A DNA stretch of 64,000 nt from Camelus dromedarius (taxonomy: Eukaryota): positions 79,238,001 through 79,302,000 of the forward strand of contig NC_087437.1 in the NCBI RefSeq assembly GCF_036321535.1, given 5' to 3'. The translations under genes were made by a program, and so were the position numbers. Under the pieces are notes generated by a model. It made no database searches. It had not been told where the DNA came from and saw only the letters and a program-made list of their open reading frames with translations. Of the stretch, positions 50,721 through 62,659 are shown one piece after another. Each line of letters starts with the position of its first letter. Positions within the stretch are counted from its first letter, which is position 1.

Positions 50721-53336
50721 TGGGGTTGTGTGTGTGTGTCTTCGTGCCAGAGTCCTAGTCCTGTTCTTTCTTCCTGGTTTTGCTGAAAGTGAGGCATGTG
50801 AATGTGAGTGAATTATAATACACATATGTGTGTGTGTTTATATATCACTATTATTTCTTTAAACTGACACAGATGTTTGGTAACAAGGTGGGGGGGATTT
50901 CTGAAAATAGCCAAGATGGTTGTTTTGTGAAAAGCAGCTAAAATAAAGGATAAATTTGCATTGCTCTTCCTGTGCTTTTGAGATGTAGATGATCTACCTG
51001 GGGGGAAAAGGGGGATTTTTTAAACACAAGTGGAAAAACAGATCTTTGGTTCTGTCTTTACATAAAAAATTGTAAATGAGTTCTATTTAATTGGCTTAAA
51101 AGTAAGTGCTTACAAATTAAACACTTCTAAGTATAAAAGAAGCTAGACAGAACAAACTTTAAGTTCATGTTATCTAGGAGATATTCAATATTGAATTGAT
51201 ACCTGATATTAAAGCTAGCCTAAGCTTGTTGATATAATCAATACAGACATGTCTTTTAATGTACCTAGGTTTACTGAAGGTCAGTAAGTTCACTAGTTTG
51301 TCAGCAGAAAGAAAAAAAAAATAACTGGTATGATGAAATTCTTATAAGTGAACTAAATGTATATGAGATAAGAGTTTTGGGTAAACTCTTTAGAAATAAT
51401 TATGTTTTAGGAATGTCTACTTAAAAATAATCTCTCCAGATATTTGGTAACTTGAAATTTTAGAGTCGTATTGGATTGGGTTAAATGATGGGAGTTTGTT
51501 GAATAGCTGGGTCATTCCCAAACAAAATAATATATTGAAACATTCACTAGAAGTTGAGATTTTTTAGAATTGAAGATTCTAATTTGGGTGTGTAATTGAA
51601 GCTACTGAAAATAGTGGGGGAACATTTCAGTATGCAATAGAATATATGTTTTGAGTGAAAAAGGGTATAAGGAATTGGAGTTGCATTTTGTTAAAGGAAG
51701 ACATTGATTTGGTCCTTCAGCTGGTTGTTTCTAAATGGTGAAAAAAAAAAGACAAATTAATGTGGATACAGAACGTTGTGGAACGTTTGTTGAGAGGGAG
51801 CTCTAAAAAGAGTTCTGTGCATAGTAAGGCTGAGATTAGGTTACACTTAATTAGGTAAATGGATTTTGTTATTAAGAATAGGCTGGTACAGGACTAGATT
51901 TGGTTCCACTCTGTTAAGAGTGCAAGTTTACTTCGAATGCTTCTAATAATAGATAGTTTGAAACTTTTTGGTATTTTTATAAACTCCTGTCAAATTCTAA
52001 TTAAAATTATTTTGACTTTTTGGGATGCTTCAGAGGGACCCTGAGATATCTCAGAGAATGTTCAACTAAGATTGGTTGGTGTGTTGAATTGTACTGGAAG
52101 CATTGTCAAATGAGTGATAAGCCTCTTCAGATAATATGAAATGGATAAATGTTAATATGGACATTCTAAAGATTGTGTGAAATTTCTGAAGTTTGGATTT
52201 GTCCTGGTATAATGCTATCAGTCATGATCCTGGTTATTATCTTGGGATGTTGTATGTCACGGCAATTTGATTAAGTTTGTTGAAAACATTGTAATCCGAC
52301 CATTTGCCTTGCCTTTTGGGGTCTTTTGTCATTCATAAAATTAAGCTGATGCTTTGCAGAATTGCTTCATCTTCAAGAAGATTGGTAAAAGGGAAGTTTT
52401 GACAAGTACAGATTTCTTTTAAATCATACCAATGTGCTGGGTAGGATATTTTTAAGAAGTCTAGTGAAAACTCTTGATTTTATAAAACTGTTAGTAAAAG
52501 AGATTGATTGCATGGGATTGAGTGAACTAATTAATATGATTATAAGTATTTGGTTATCTGAAGTATCATTTAGCCTGTTTTCTAGTTAAATTATTTATCA
52601 ACTATTTGTCTTCATATCAATATTGCCCCCAACATTTATGATAGAGAATTCTCTAATGAAGTTGCCACAGAGTTTAACTACTCGTGTGTAATAATGCTTA
52701 CTTTATGTCTATTGCTAAAAGCACATGTATGATGCTTGTGTAACAGTTGGGTGTAAGTGATAAAATGGATAGCTTATAAAGTGTGTCACCATTAACCTAC
52801 CACTGAGCCTGTTCACCACATCTGATTAGTCTCCCCCAAGTGTGGATAACTAGGTAAATGTAAAGGAGGCCTAGCACTGAGGGACTGGATCTAAACCTGG
52901 TGCAGGAGCCACCACCCCAGAGCAGAGGGACAGATATTTAGATCATCAGTGCTTTCTATTGAATGATTCGTAATCAAAAGAAGAAATAATGGAAATATAT
53001 GCACATACTGAGGTATGGAGAAGTCATTCTGGCTTATGCATGGTTTGACTTAAAATTTACTGACCAAAGCAGCCTGTTTTATGGCCTTTTGGACATGCAT
53101 TGTATATCTGCTTTGGTCTCGAGGGGAATGCATCTGAAAGTCAAAATGCAGTAGCTGTGATTCAGACATTCAAGGTAAAACTAGGTGGCAATTGGGGACA
53201 TGATTTTAGGCACATTCTCAAAGATTTCTGAACTATGTCATACTCAGGACACCATCAGCCATCCTCAAAGCACTGTCTGCTGGCAGATGGCAGCTGTAAA
53301 CTATGACCTCATGGTCTCCTCTTGTAACTTAAATTT

Positions 53337-53565
53337 TTAGACAATAAAATTGCTTTAGATAAGATGTTGGCAGAAACAAAAAAAGGAGACACATGTAATG
53401 GCCAATAACTCTTGTCATATATATGTTAATACTACATCAAAAGTTAAAACCTACTCAGATAAAGGTAGACAGCTGGCTATCTGGCTACAAGTCTCCCCAA
53501 AAGTGCTAGGTCCAGATTGGTTTTCAGGCTTATTCTCCTGAATTCCTCAGGGAATGAGATCTTAG
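53337..53565 (+). pseudogene. env: env transmembrane subunit remnant (ISD + CX6CC region + heptad)
   Basis: LDNKIALDKMLAE (53337-53375), then after a frameshift (C)VMANNSCHIYVNTTSKVKTYSDKGRQLAIWLQ...DWFSGLFS*. Confidence 0.85.
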
Positions 53566-53820
53566 TCATACAAGACTAGGATCCAGCATTTGGAACCCAG
53601 GAATATTTCCAACTCGGTATCCGTTCCCCCAAATAGGGGTAGAACTACACCATTTCAGCAGGAACCAGCCAGAGTGGTCATCACCCCACTGGGGGAGGAT
53701 GAAACAGGATTGGAAGCTGAAACTTGAGTTCCTCTGCCGAGTTTATGATTAACCTCTCTATCCTAAATATTGTTCCACTTCTTATCCAAATACCTGTTCT
53801 CCTCAAGATTGAGGAATATC

Positions 53821-53836
53821 AAAGAAAAAGGAGGAA
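53821..53836 (+). promoter_or_regulatory. Polypurine tract
   Basis: AAAGAAAAAGGAGGAA just before the 3' LTR. Confidence 0.85.
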
Positions 53837-53837
53837 C

Positions 53838-54311
53838 TATCACCAAGCAGGACTCTATGGGACCTTCCTGGGATGGACTCCTCCCCAATATCCTCTCCTG
53901 TAGCTCCTCTCTAAAGTAGTAGAGTATCTCATGCGTATTTCTGGAGTTTTTCATATGCTAAAAATCACCACCAAATGGCAGAAATTAACTACTTGATGAT
54001 CTTGAGCATGTAGCCCCCAGGCCTTCTGACTCCTAAGGATTGAGCATCATCAACCAATGAGAGAATTGTGCACAGCTGATCACAAACCCTAGGCCACCCC
54101 TCCCTCAGCTTGCCTTTATAAATGCTCAGCTGAAACCCTTCTGGGAATTTGACACCGGGGCTGAGTGGTGGTGGTTGGGTGGGGGGGATTGGGCATAAGC
54201 CACCCATTCTTGCTTATCCCAGCAACAAAACTTTCTCTGCTCCAAACTCTTACATCCCTATATTTTTTGGCCTCATTGTGCATTGGACACATGACCTTGT
54301 ATTTGGTAACA
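53838..54311 (+). repeat. 3' LTR
   Basis: TATCACC...GGTAACA; aligns with the 5' LTR; TATAAA at 54117-54122. Confidence 0.93.
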
Positions 54312-55039
54312 ACATGAGGGGTAAAGGAACGTCCTGGAAGTAAGCTGAATATCTAGGAAAACAAACTAGGGATAATGATGTTAGTTTCTCTCTCTGATTA
54401 CCCAATACATTGCCAAGCATCATTAGAACCGGGGTGGGGGGGTTGTTAGCAGCAGCAAGGAAGAATGGTTCCTCGTGGAAACTTGGAAGATCTAATGGTT
54501 GTTTCCATCTCAACCAGAGAGAGTTTTGGGGGCCAGCTAAATTACACTCTGGCTTAATTAACAGAAAGAGCAGAAATATCCAAGGCACATACCAATACCC
54601 AGAGGAAAGGAGACAAGAAGAAAAAAGTGTTTCATGATCGCCTATTCAGTCTGAGGTTATGGAAGACACCCCATGAGGATGCTCATAAATGGGATTTTGC
54701 TTTAGCAGAATAGGACAAGATGCAGGAAAGAAAGGATTAAAAACAAAAGTTAAAATGAATTATAGAGGTGATTATAAATGGTACCTAGGAGGGAAAAGGG
54801 TATGTGGCATGAGCAATGTTGTAGATCTGGGAGTTTAGCCTATCTTGTTTTGAAAAGCCAGTTTTAAGTCTAATTCTAGCCAGGTATGTGTGAGAATGGG
54901 AGAGGGGACAGAGTGCATCTGTCAGCTGCTCTGCTCACAGTTTTTTGAAACTCATACCATCTTTCACTCACTTGATCTTTCTGGAATTATATCTTTATTG
55001 CAGTCAGTGCTAGAACTTAGTTTAAATTTTACAGTTAGA

Positions 55040-55310
55040 ACCCTGGCCAAAATGCTTGCTTTGACTGACATCTCTTATTCAATCTTCAAGACCCAATTCA
55101 AATGCTGCCTTCTCTGTAAAATCACCCCTGCCTCATCTTTGTATCACAGAATTATGAGCTGCCTGTTTGCTGTTCCTATGTTGTTCTATTTACTGTTTTT
55201 ATATTTATCTCTCTCAAAAGAATATGATCTTCCTAAAGACCAGGAAAGCATATTTCTCTTTAAATGCCTAATGCCTAGAATAGGGTCTAAGAACTACTGA
55301 ATAAATGCCA
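55040..55310 (+). mobile_element. L2 3' end fragment
   Basis: tcttattcaatcttcaagacccaattcaaatgctgccttctctgtaaa...aatgcctagaatag. Confidence 0.7.
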
Positions 55311-56814
55311 CTTGTATATAATGAATAACATTCTGATATAATGAATAAAAATATAAATGAATAAAATTTGTCTACAAAATAGTATAAGTAATGATGGAAT
55401 GTAAAAATTGGAATCTATTTCCTTATATTCCTTTCTTTCCCCTTTTAACTATTAGTTGTAAGGTGAATAATAGCACATAATATAAATGAAAGCCCCATGA
55501 AATTAATACACACTAAATATGAACATGTACATGATTACACACATGCATAGATATGTAGGTATTTATAAAATTATAACACCTGTTTGTAATTGTGCAAGCA
55601 ATGTCCCTCATCATTGTAGAATTTGCCCCATGTCATCATTGTTCAGGTCAGGCATATGCTGTGTATAAGGGAATTCAGCAACAGAAGGTAACTATTATTT
55701 CCAACATAGAAATATTTATGTTTGGACTATTCTATAGGTGCATTAATATAGGATTCTGGACATTTAATACATTTCTATAAAAGGCAGAAGAAGTAAAAAG
55801 AATTTACATGAAGACATTAAATGTTCTTAAATGGTTACTAATGCTCTCATGAACAGGCGTAATGCCATCCCCATTACCAGCCAGTGTGGGGCAAAGCATC
55901 CTGTGATGGATGCCTCATCAACACTTCTATCTGGGAGCAGGTGACTGTTGTGTTACCTGTTACATCTTGCACATGCAGGAGCCCATGCCTTTGAGGCTGT
56001 GATGGATACACATTCCAGCACGGGCAGTTTGTAATAAGCAGGGATCCCCATTCAGCCTTACAGATGTGATCATAAATCCAGCAGAGATTTCTTTGGGGTC
56101 TGTCATCCCCACACACTGTTAAACATGAATCCGTTTCAGTGACAGGAGACATGAATCCCACAGAACCAGATCCTCGTTAATATTTCTAAAGTGCTTGGAG
56201 TCTCCTTTGAGATAAAAGAAATGTTATAAATACTGCTATGATTATCTTTTTTTTTCTTTGAGAGAGATTGTTATTCACAGAGTATATCTCCCCCCACCTT
56301 CTAGAAAATATTTGTCATGTTGATGCATTCTTCAGCCACTGCCAATGAAGAAAAATATTTGCATCTCCTTCTCCACAAACTGTGGGTGGGGAGGGACTTC
56401 GAATTGAATTAAGAACACATCAGTGAGCTCCAACTAAATGATTAAGCCTGAAGGCTGAAGTGTTACCTTTTATTCTATGGTCTATAATTGACACAAAATG
56501 TGTGTAGAGTAATTCATAAAACAGACTAAGCAATAGAGAAATACTTTATTACAATGAAGAATCATTTTTTATGGTAATAGAGAGGCACAAACACCCTGAT
56601 CATTAAGCAACATTATATTACATATGCTAAATTGAAGAGTAAGATTATGGGCTGAGAGCTCATTTTAATAGAATTTGGTAACTTAGTATTTACTGTTTTT
56701 CTGAACTCTGACTAAAAGTATCTCATAATGAAGTCTATTTTATTTTTATTCTATCTTGGACTTATCAACAGTAAGAAATACTGGCACTTATCTTGAGAAA
56801 AATTATAAAATCTG

Positions 56815-57070
56815 TAGATTTAGAGAGAAGAACACTAAAAAATGATCTAGTGCAACAAAAATTTTAAATGGTAATGATCATTATACACACTCCCTGGTAA
56901 ACACAGGACTTAGCTTGCTAAACTCCTAAATCTTTGGGAAAAATAACTGAGTGAGCCCCAGAGAATTTATAAGCTTTGCCCAAGATCTGCAGAACTAGTC
57001 AGTTCTGAGCCAGACCTGGAATCCGGGTGAAGCCAGACCTTCGTCAGAGGTTCATTCTTTACTACAGGCT
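56815..57070 (-). mobile_element. MIR-like SINE
   Basis: aactgag...cccagaga...ttgcccaagatctgcagaactagtcag...gagccagacctggaatccggg. Confidence 0.55.
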
Positions 57071-57854
57071 ACAGTGTGATCCACACACCACAGTGTGATC
57101 AAGCCTGCAAACCTGCCAGAATAGTAATAAACAGTGTTGAAATTCTGAAGGCATGAAAGCAATCATTAATGCGAGAGGTATAAGCATCTGGCATGGTTTT
57201 CCTTCTGTCATTTCCATACTGGCTAAGGTTTGATTGGGAATATTTCAAAATTGGAAAAAGAATTTAGTTGGGGTATTCTTTGTTGTTTCAATCATTAAGC
57301 TTGTAAATAAAGTAAACATGATCAAGATATTATTTCACAATATAACAGCTCTTCTGTTTTCAGTCATGCAAAATTTTAACCAGTGCAGGTTTCACTTGCC
57401 ACAGAGCAATAAACTACCATTCTAAGGGCAACCATGGAAATTCTGGATAGAAAAGCGGGTTATCTTTGTGTTAGCATGCATAAAATTCAAAACAGTATAA
57501 AAAGAGGAAAAAAGCATATTATCACCTCTATAACTTATTTACTTCACCATATTTCTCTTTCCCTTATAATTTCTCCTACAACTTTTTCACTACCTGAGTT
57601 AGTATTCTTAGATTAAAAGTCATGTATATTTTACATTGACATTATTTGTCTAACATGCAAGACTTTGGCTGAGCTCTGTTTTCTGGTTCATAATTATGCT
57701 TCATTCAAGCATTCATAGCCTCTGGGTTCTTTTCGGCTCTAAAATCCATGAGATCCCAGTGATAATGTGCCATAGAAGGAGTACTGAATTATGATTTAAT
57801 AGATATAGTTTAAGGATAGAATCATGGCAATAATAATGATAATAATGAGTAACT

Positions 57855-58060
57855 ATTTGCATATATGTATGCAGTACATATACATTATATAATATAAATA
57901 CGTATTATATATTTACTAATATTTATATATAAATCTGTAAATCTGTTCTATGTAAGTATATAAATATATATAATTGTATGTATATATAATTTTTAATATT
58001 TTATATAAATTATAAATATATATATTATATATCAATTTCTTATATATTTTAAAATATCAA
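57855..58060. repeat. AT-rich low-complexity (TA)n-like tract
   Basis: Directly visible degenerate TATA repeats. Confidence 0.85.
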
Positions 58061-59128
58061 ATAATCCACCAAATAGTCTTGAGAATTTTCTATAAATGAG
58101 ACTCCAGGTTTTATCTTTTATGCAGTTATTTTAACTAACTGATTTTGGGGAGGGGGAACAAATTGCTGTAGAAATATTGGGAACCTATCTACCAAATAGG
58201 ACACTGGAAAAGTTCTGATCCCTAAGTCACAGGTACCATGGTTGGTGGAGGTGAGAAGTGGAGAAGAAAATAGGATTAATTGAAGGTGTATATATGCATG
58301 GGATAACTAATCCTTATATGACATTTCCATCATATTATTCTCACATTGCATATATTACAATCATTATATTATACCCTTCACTCTATCCCCAGTCAATACC
58401 TAGAACATACATATTATTTCCTAAAGACTACACCCAAGGGAACGCTAGGCTTTATTCTTTAGAGAACTTGAATAGGATTTGTACACACACATGCACAGAG
58501 AGAAATTGCTTCTTAATATTGATGTTTTCTTGCAATAATTAAGCCCTTTTATATATGAATGAGATCAGTAGAATGGTAATCCAATGGGATGCTAGTAAAC
58601 AATAAATGGTGTCAAAATTCAAAGATACATTTTTAACCTACAATTTTCTGAATTTCCAAAGCATCAATAAATGGCCAGGAAAAATGTTTATGAATGTATA
58701 AATATATGGAAAATTTACTTACCATGAATCTTTTATTTGGAAATTCTTTGAAGATGTATTTCAGTGAAACAAATTTGTAAATCGAGGAAGACACGGATTT
58801 CAGGAAATGACATATATGGTGGCCAGGAAATGACGTATATAGGATGGCCAGGATGAGAGCTCAGAAACAGACCTAGAGGGCAATCTGCACGGAGTAGGAA
58901 GCTGTGATGTATGGAAGAGATGTGTCTCAGAAAATTAAAAAATACTGAGAATCTCTAGTATGTTTAAGAGCTCTAACATTTTGAAGATGTGACAATGGCA
59001 AGAAATGCAAAAATAAAATTAAAAACTCTGGGGAAAATAAATAATATACTAGACAATCATGAATCAGATGTTTTCCCTGATCTTAGTAAAATGTTCTATT
59101 TAGCGGCTATTTTCATGAATTTAGACCA

Positions 59129-59525
59129 TGCATTATTTTGCTAGGGCTGTCATAACAAAGCACCACAGATGGGCAGCTTAAACAACAAAAATATATTTTC
59201 TCAGAGTTGGGGATGCTGGAAGTCCAAGATCAAGTTGAGCAGGTTTGGTTTCTTCTGAGTCCTCTCTCCTTAGCTTGCACGGGGCCGCCTTCTTGCTGCG
59301 TCTTCATGTGAGCTTCCCTTTGTACATGTACGTGCCTTGTGTCTATTCGTGTGTTCAAATTTCGTCATCTTATAAGCATACCAGAAACAGAGCCTGTCCT
59401 CATGGCTTCACTTTACAATAATTACCTTTTAAAAAACTCTCTTCAAATACAGTTGTATTCTGAGGTACTAGGGTTTAGGGCTTCAACATATGTATTTTGG
59501 GGATAACAAAATGTAGTCCATAAGA
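59129..59525 (-). mobile_element. MaLR solo LTR (MLT1A/B-like)
   Basis: gctagggctgtcataacaaagcaccacagatgggcagcttaaacaaca...gctggaagtccaagatcaag...ttctgaggtactagggtttagggcttcaacatatg; flanks gacca/gactt may be a decayed 5-bp TSD. Confidence 0.9.
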
Positions 59526-62500
59526 GACTTTTAGCAAACCAAATGTAATCCTCCCACATTAATGCAAATTAAATTTAAGATTTTAAGTCACTTTATGGTC
59601 AAAATTTAAAGATATTTTTGTGTTTCCAGTAAGAGAATTATAGCCTTGAGAATAGAAAATCACAAGATATTACAAAAATTGGTGAAAATGATAATAATAA
59701 TTCAAAAATAATAGAAAAATAAATATACACTAGCATTAATTGAATGAAAGAGAAGAGAGATAGTGTGAGTTAAAATTTTATTTTTACATTGGAGAATAAA
59801 TGAGTATTTTCTATGGTTGATGAGTCAATAAATAAAATACATGATTTTATATAGAGTTTTGAAATAACCTTGAAAAAAAATTTTTAAATGTGATAGACTC
59901 TCTGGAATGAGATTGAGGGTAGGAAAATGTGGGGTGGGATATTTATATCAAAAACATTTCTGAATATTTGATTCATTGCTGTATCACTGTGATAAATACA
60001 GAAAACAGTACTTAGTATTATTAGCATTCCATTATTTCATAATACATGGCTGGGGTTTACTCTCAGCATATATTATTACCTTTAATCTTATTATCTATCA
60101 TTTTGGATTGTAAATGTTTTAGGCTTTAATAGCCATGAATTTAGTTCCCTTAGAAATGAACCAAACTTTCAAAAAAAAAAAAAAAAAAGAAAATGCGATG
60201 TTTAAAGGAAAAAGAGAAACCGAAAAAAAAAAAGAAATATAAAATGCTATTTTGGAGTGCCTTAGAACACTTAATTGTTAACACTCATCTAACAATCAGT
60301 TGATTATTCTCTAGGAAAACATGACAAATACGTCACAGCATAATTAAACACTTTATTACAGTGCTCATTTTTATTGCTAAACATGTGATTAAATTGCTAT
60401 CAAGAGCAGTTTTTAATTTTTTAAAAAATTTTCTCTTGCAGTATTAACTTTTAATATCACCTATTCTTTCTCCACTCCCCTTAATCATTTACTGTTTACT
60501 TCCCTTTATTACATTCATGCAAAAGTTTAATAGTTAAAAATTTTATTACATTATTTGTCTTAAAATCCTCTAACTATTGACTTCACCTTTTATGAAATCC
60601 CAAGCCTTGAATTCATAGGTTATCATATTGTTGTATAACATTCGTGGTAAAAGCAGTTTAATAAATAAGGAGTTGCAGAATTAAAGTAAAAAGCATAAAG
60701 CATTTACAACTGAGATATAATCTACCTGAGATAGTCATCACACTCAATATTCAAAGTTATAAAAAGTTAATTCCTCATGTCTGCATTTCAAGTTTTATAA
60801 GCTCGGTTCCTTCTAACTACCCAGAGTTACCTCAAACTTTTATTGTTTTTACTTTGTGCCATTTTCAGGCTTATGAACACTTTAACTGTTGAAAATGAGT
60901 TTTCAGATTCATTTTTTTTTTCATTTGTTTGTTGATACTAACACTAAAGTCTCTGTAATGGTTCTTGTTTGTGTCTCTGTATTATAACAAATACAGGAAG
61001 TACCAACTCAAGCTGCAAGGTTAATTTGAGAATCAGTACACTATCAAATCAAGCACTACCACACCCTTGGTGTGAGTGCTGCCCTTTCCTCCACAATTTG
61101 TAACAGATGCAATCCCCATTTTAACAGCAAATGTATGGGATACTCCGAATCCATTAAATTCTCATAAATTTAAGCCCATAGGCTTGTTACATTTCTTGGC
61201 AAAACCCTTTCACAGTTTCCATCATTCATTTCCCCTTTGCCCACATCCGTGCCCCTCCTCCCTTACCGCCAGCACGCCTTTGCTCCGCTTCCCTTGCTCT
61301 TTCCCTTACTGCTCTTCCTTACTGCTGATTCTTTGTTCCTTAGTGAACCTTAATCATATCTCTCCCTGTAGTATTTCAAAGTGAATTACTAGAGGAAGTT
61401 GAAGATAAAAATTAGATGAGGGAGAAAAAGGAAGAGAAGATGAAAAAGAGAAAAACGAGAGAAGAGAAGGTGAAAAGAGCAGAAAACAGCAGATTTTTAA
61501 AAAAGAGAGAGAAAGAGATTGACTGTAGGAGTTCTAGAGACATAAAGTCCCCAGTTGTTGAAAGGAAGTTTCTTTTCACTTCAACCACACTCTGTAGATT
61601 CACCATCAACAAAACTATCATGGTAAGAAAGGATGGTCAGGAATGTAGCCCTACTGATGACTTCAAAAGGGAACAGCTTCCATAAAGCAAGCAACATCAA
61701 TCTCTTAATTTTATGATCAATTAAATATTACTACTGACTCAGTCTGAGGAAATTGCTTAAACAGCATAATAATAAGGAATTAAATGTATATAATTTTCAA
61801 ATGTAAGCAAATGTGTGTTATTTTCAAGTTAGATAACTTCAGATGGCAACGAGTAGAAGATTGCAATGGGGACAAGCAAACTCAGGCCGAGTATTAATGA
61901 AATGGCACTTCTAGGGATATGAAACAGTCACCTCATAATGGGAGGCCATTTGCATTGGGATCCATTTGTTCACATCTATTGAATTACTCATCCCATTATA
62001 TTGTAGTAATTTAGGTTCACTTGAGCAGAAAAAGTTAGATTGACAATGATAGCAGCCCAGAGGAGAAGATTGTTTCAGTTTCCCATTTTCAGGCTTACCT
62101 TCTGATAAGGAGAATGAATTATAAGAAAAAGTTAACAGTTAAACATGATAGCAATGCCTTAGTGTCCCAGTTTCCCATCTAAAATGTTCTCTTTTAGTTA
62201 AAAAAAAAAACAAAAAAACTGGAGGATAACAGGTATTTTTATACTGACATTTTGTTTTATTTAATTATTATTTCTTTTGCTCTAAAAACTCATTTTTGTA
62301 TTGTCCAAAAGCTTTCACAATTTGTACTGTGGATTACAGAAACATTAGGAAGTAAACTATGTTCTCTTTGTTCATTTTGATCTTTGATATCATAATTTGT
62401 AGTCCTACACAATTATGAAAACACCTTAACCCTTTTTTTAAGAAGATCTTTGTTCCCAGCTATACATTAAATGACTTGATCTATTTGAAAGGAAACTGTA

Positions 62501-62624
62501 AGGGAAAATTTTAGGTACCAAGACATAGGCTTTGTCATTATGCAAAATAGCTGATTAGAAATCAAGTTAGAAATCAAGAGTTGCCTTGTGTGTCAGCATA
62601 AGGATTAAGGGCTTTGCTACTTGA

Positions 62625-62659
62625 TGTGTGTGTGTGTGTGTGTCTATACACACACACAC
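62625..62659. repeat. (TG)9 / (AC)6 microsatellite pair
   Basis: Directly visible. Confidence 0.9.

Larger units (their letters stand above)
49111..54311 (+). mobile_element. Class I (ERV1/gamma-like) endogenous retrovirus, two-LTR, defective/non-autonomous
   Basis: Paired LTRs, PBS, splice donor, gag remnant, env TM remnant and PPT in proviral order; ~4.3 kb internal region with no pol motifs found. Confidence 0.93.

Noticed and set aside
53989..54207. ORF paralogous to 49212-49574 (shared RVCDQLCTILS)
   Set aside because: Similarity simply reflects the two LTR copies
54345..54790. Possible additional old LTR next to the 3' LTR
   Set aside because: Could not assign termini or a family with confidence
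61416..61685. K/E/R-rich 89-aa ORF
   Set aside because: Composition is explained by purine-rich low-complexity DNA
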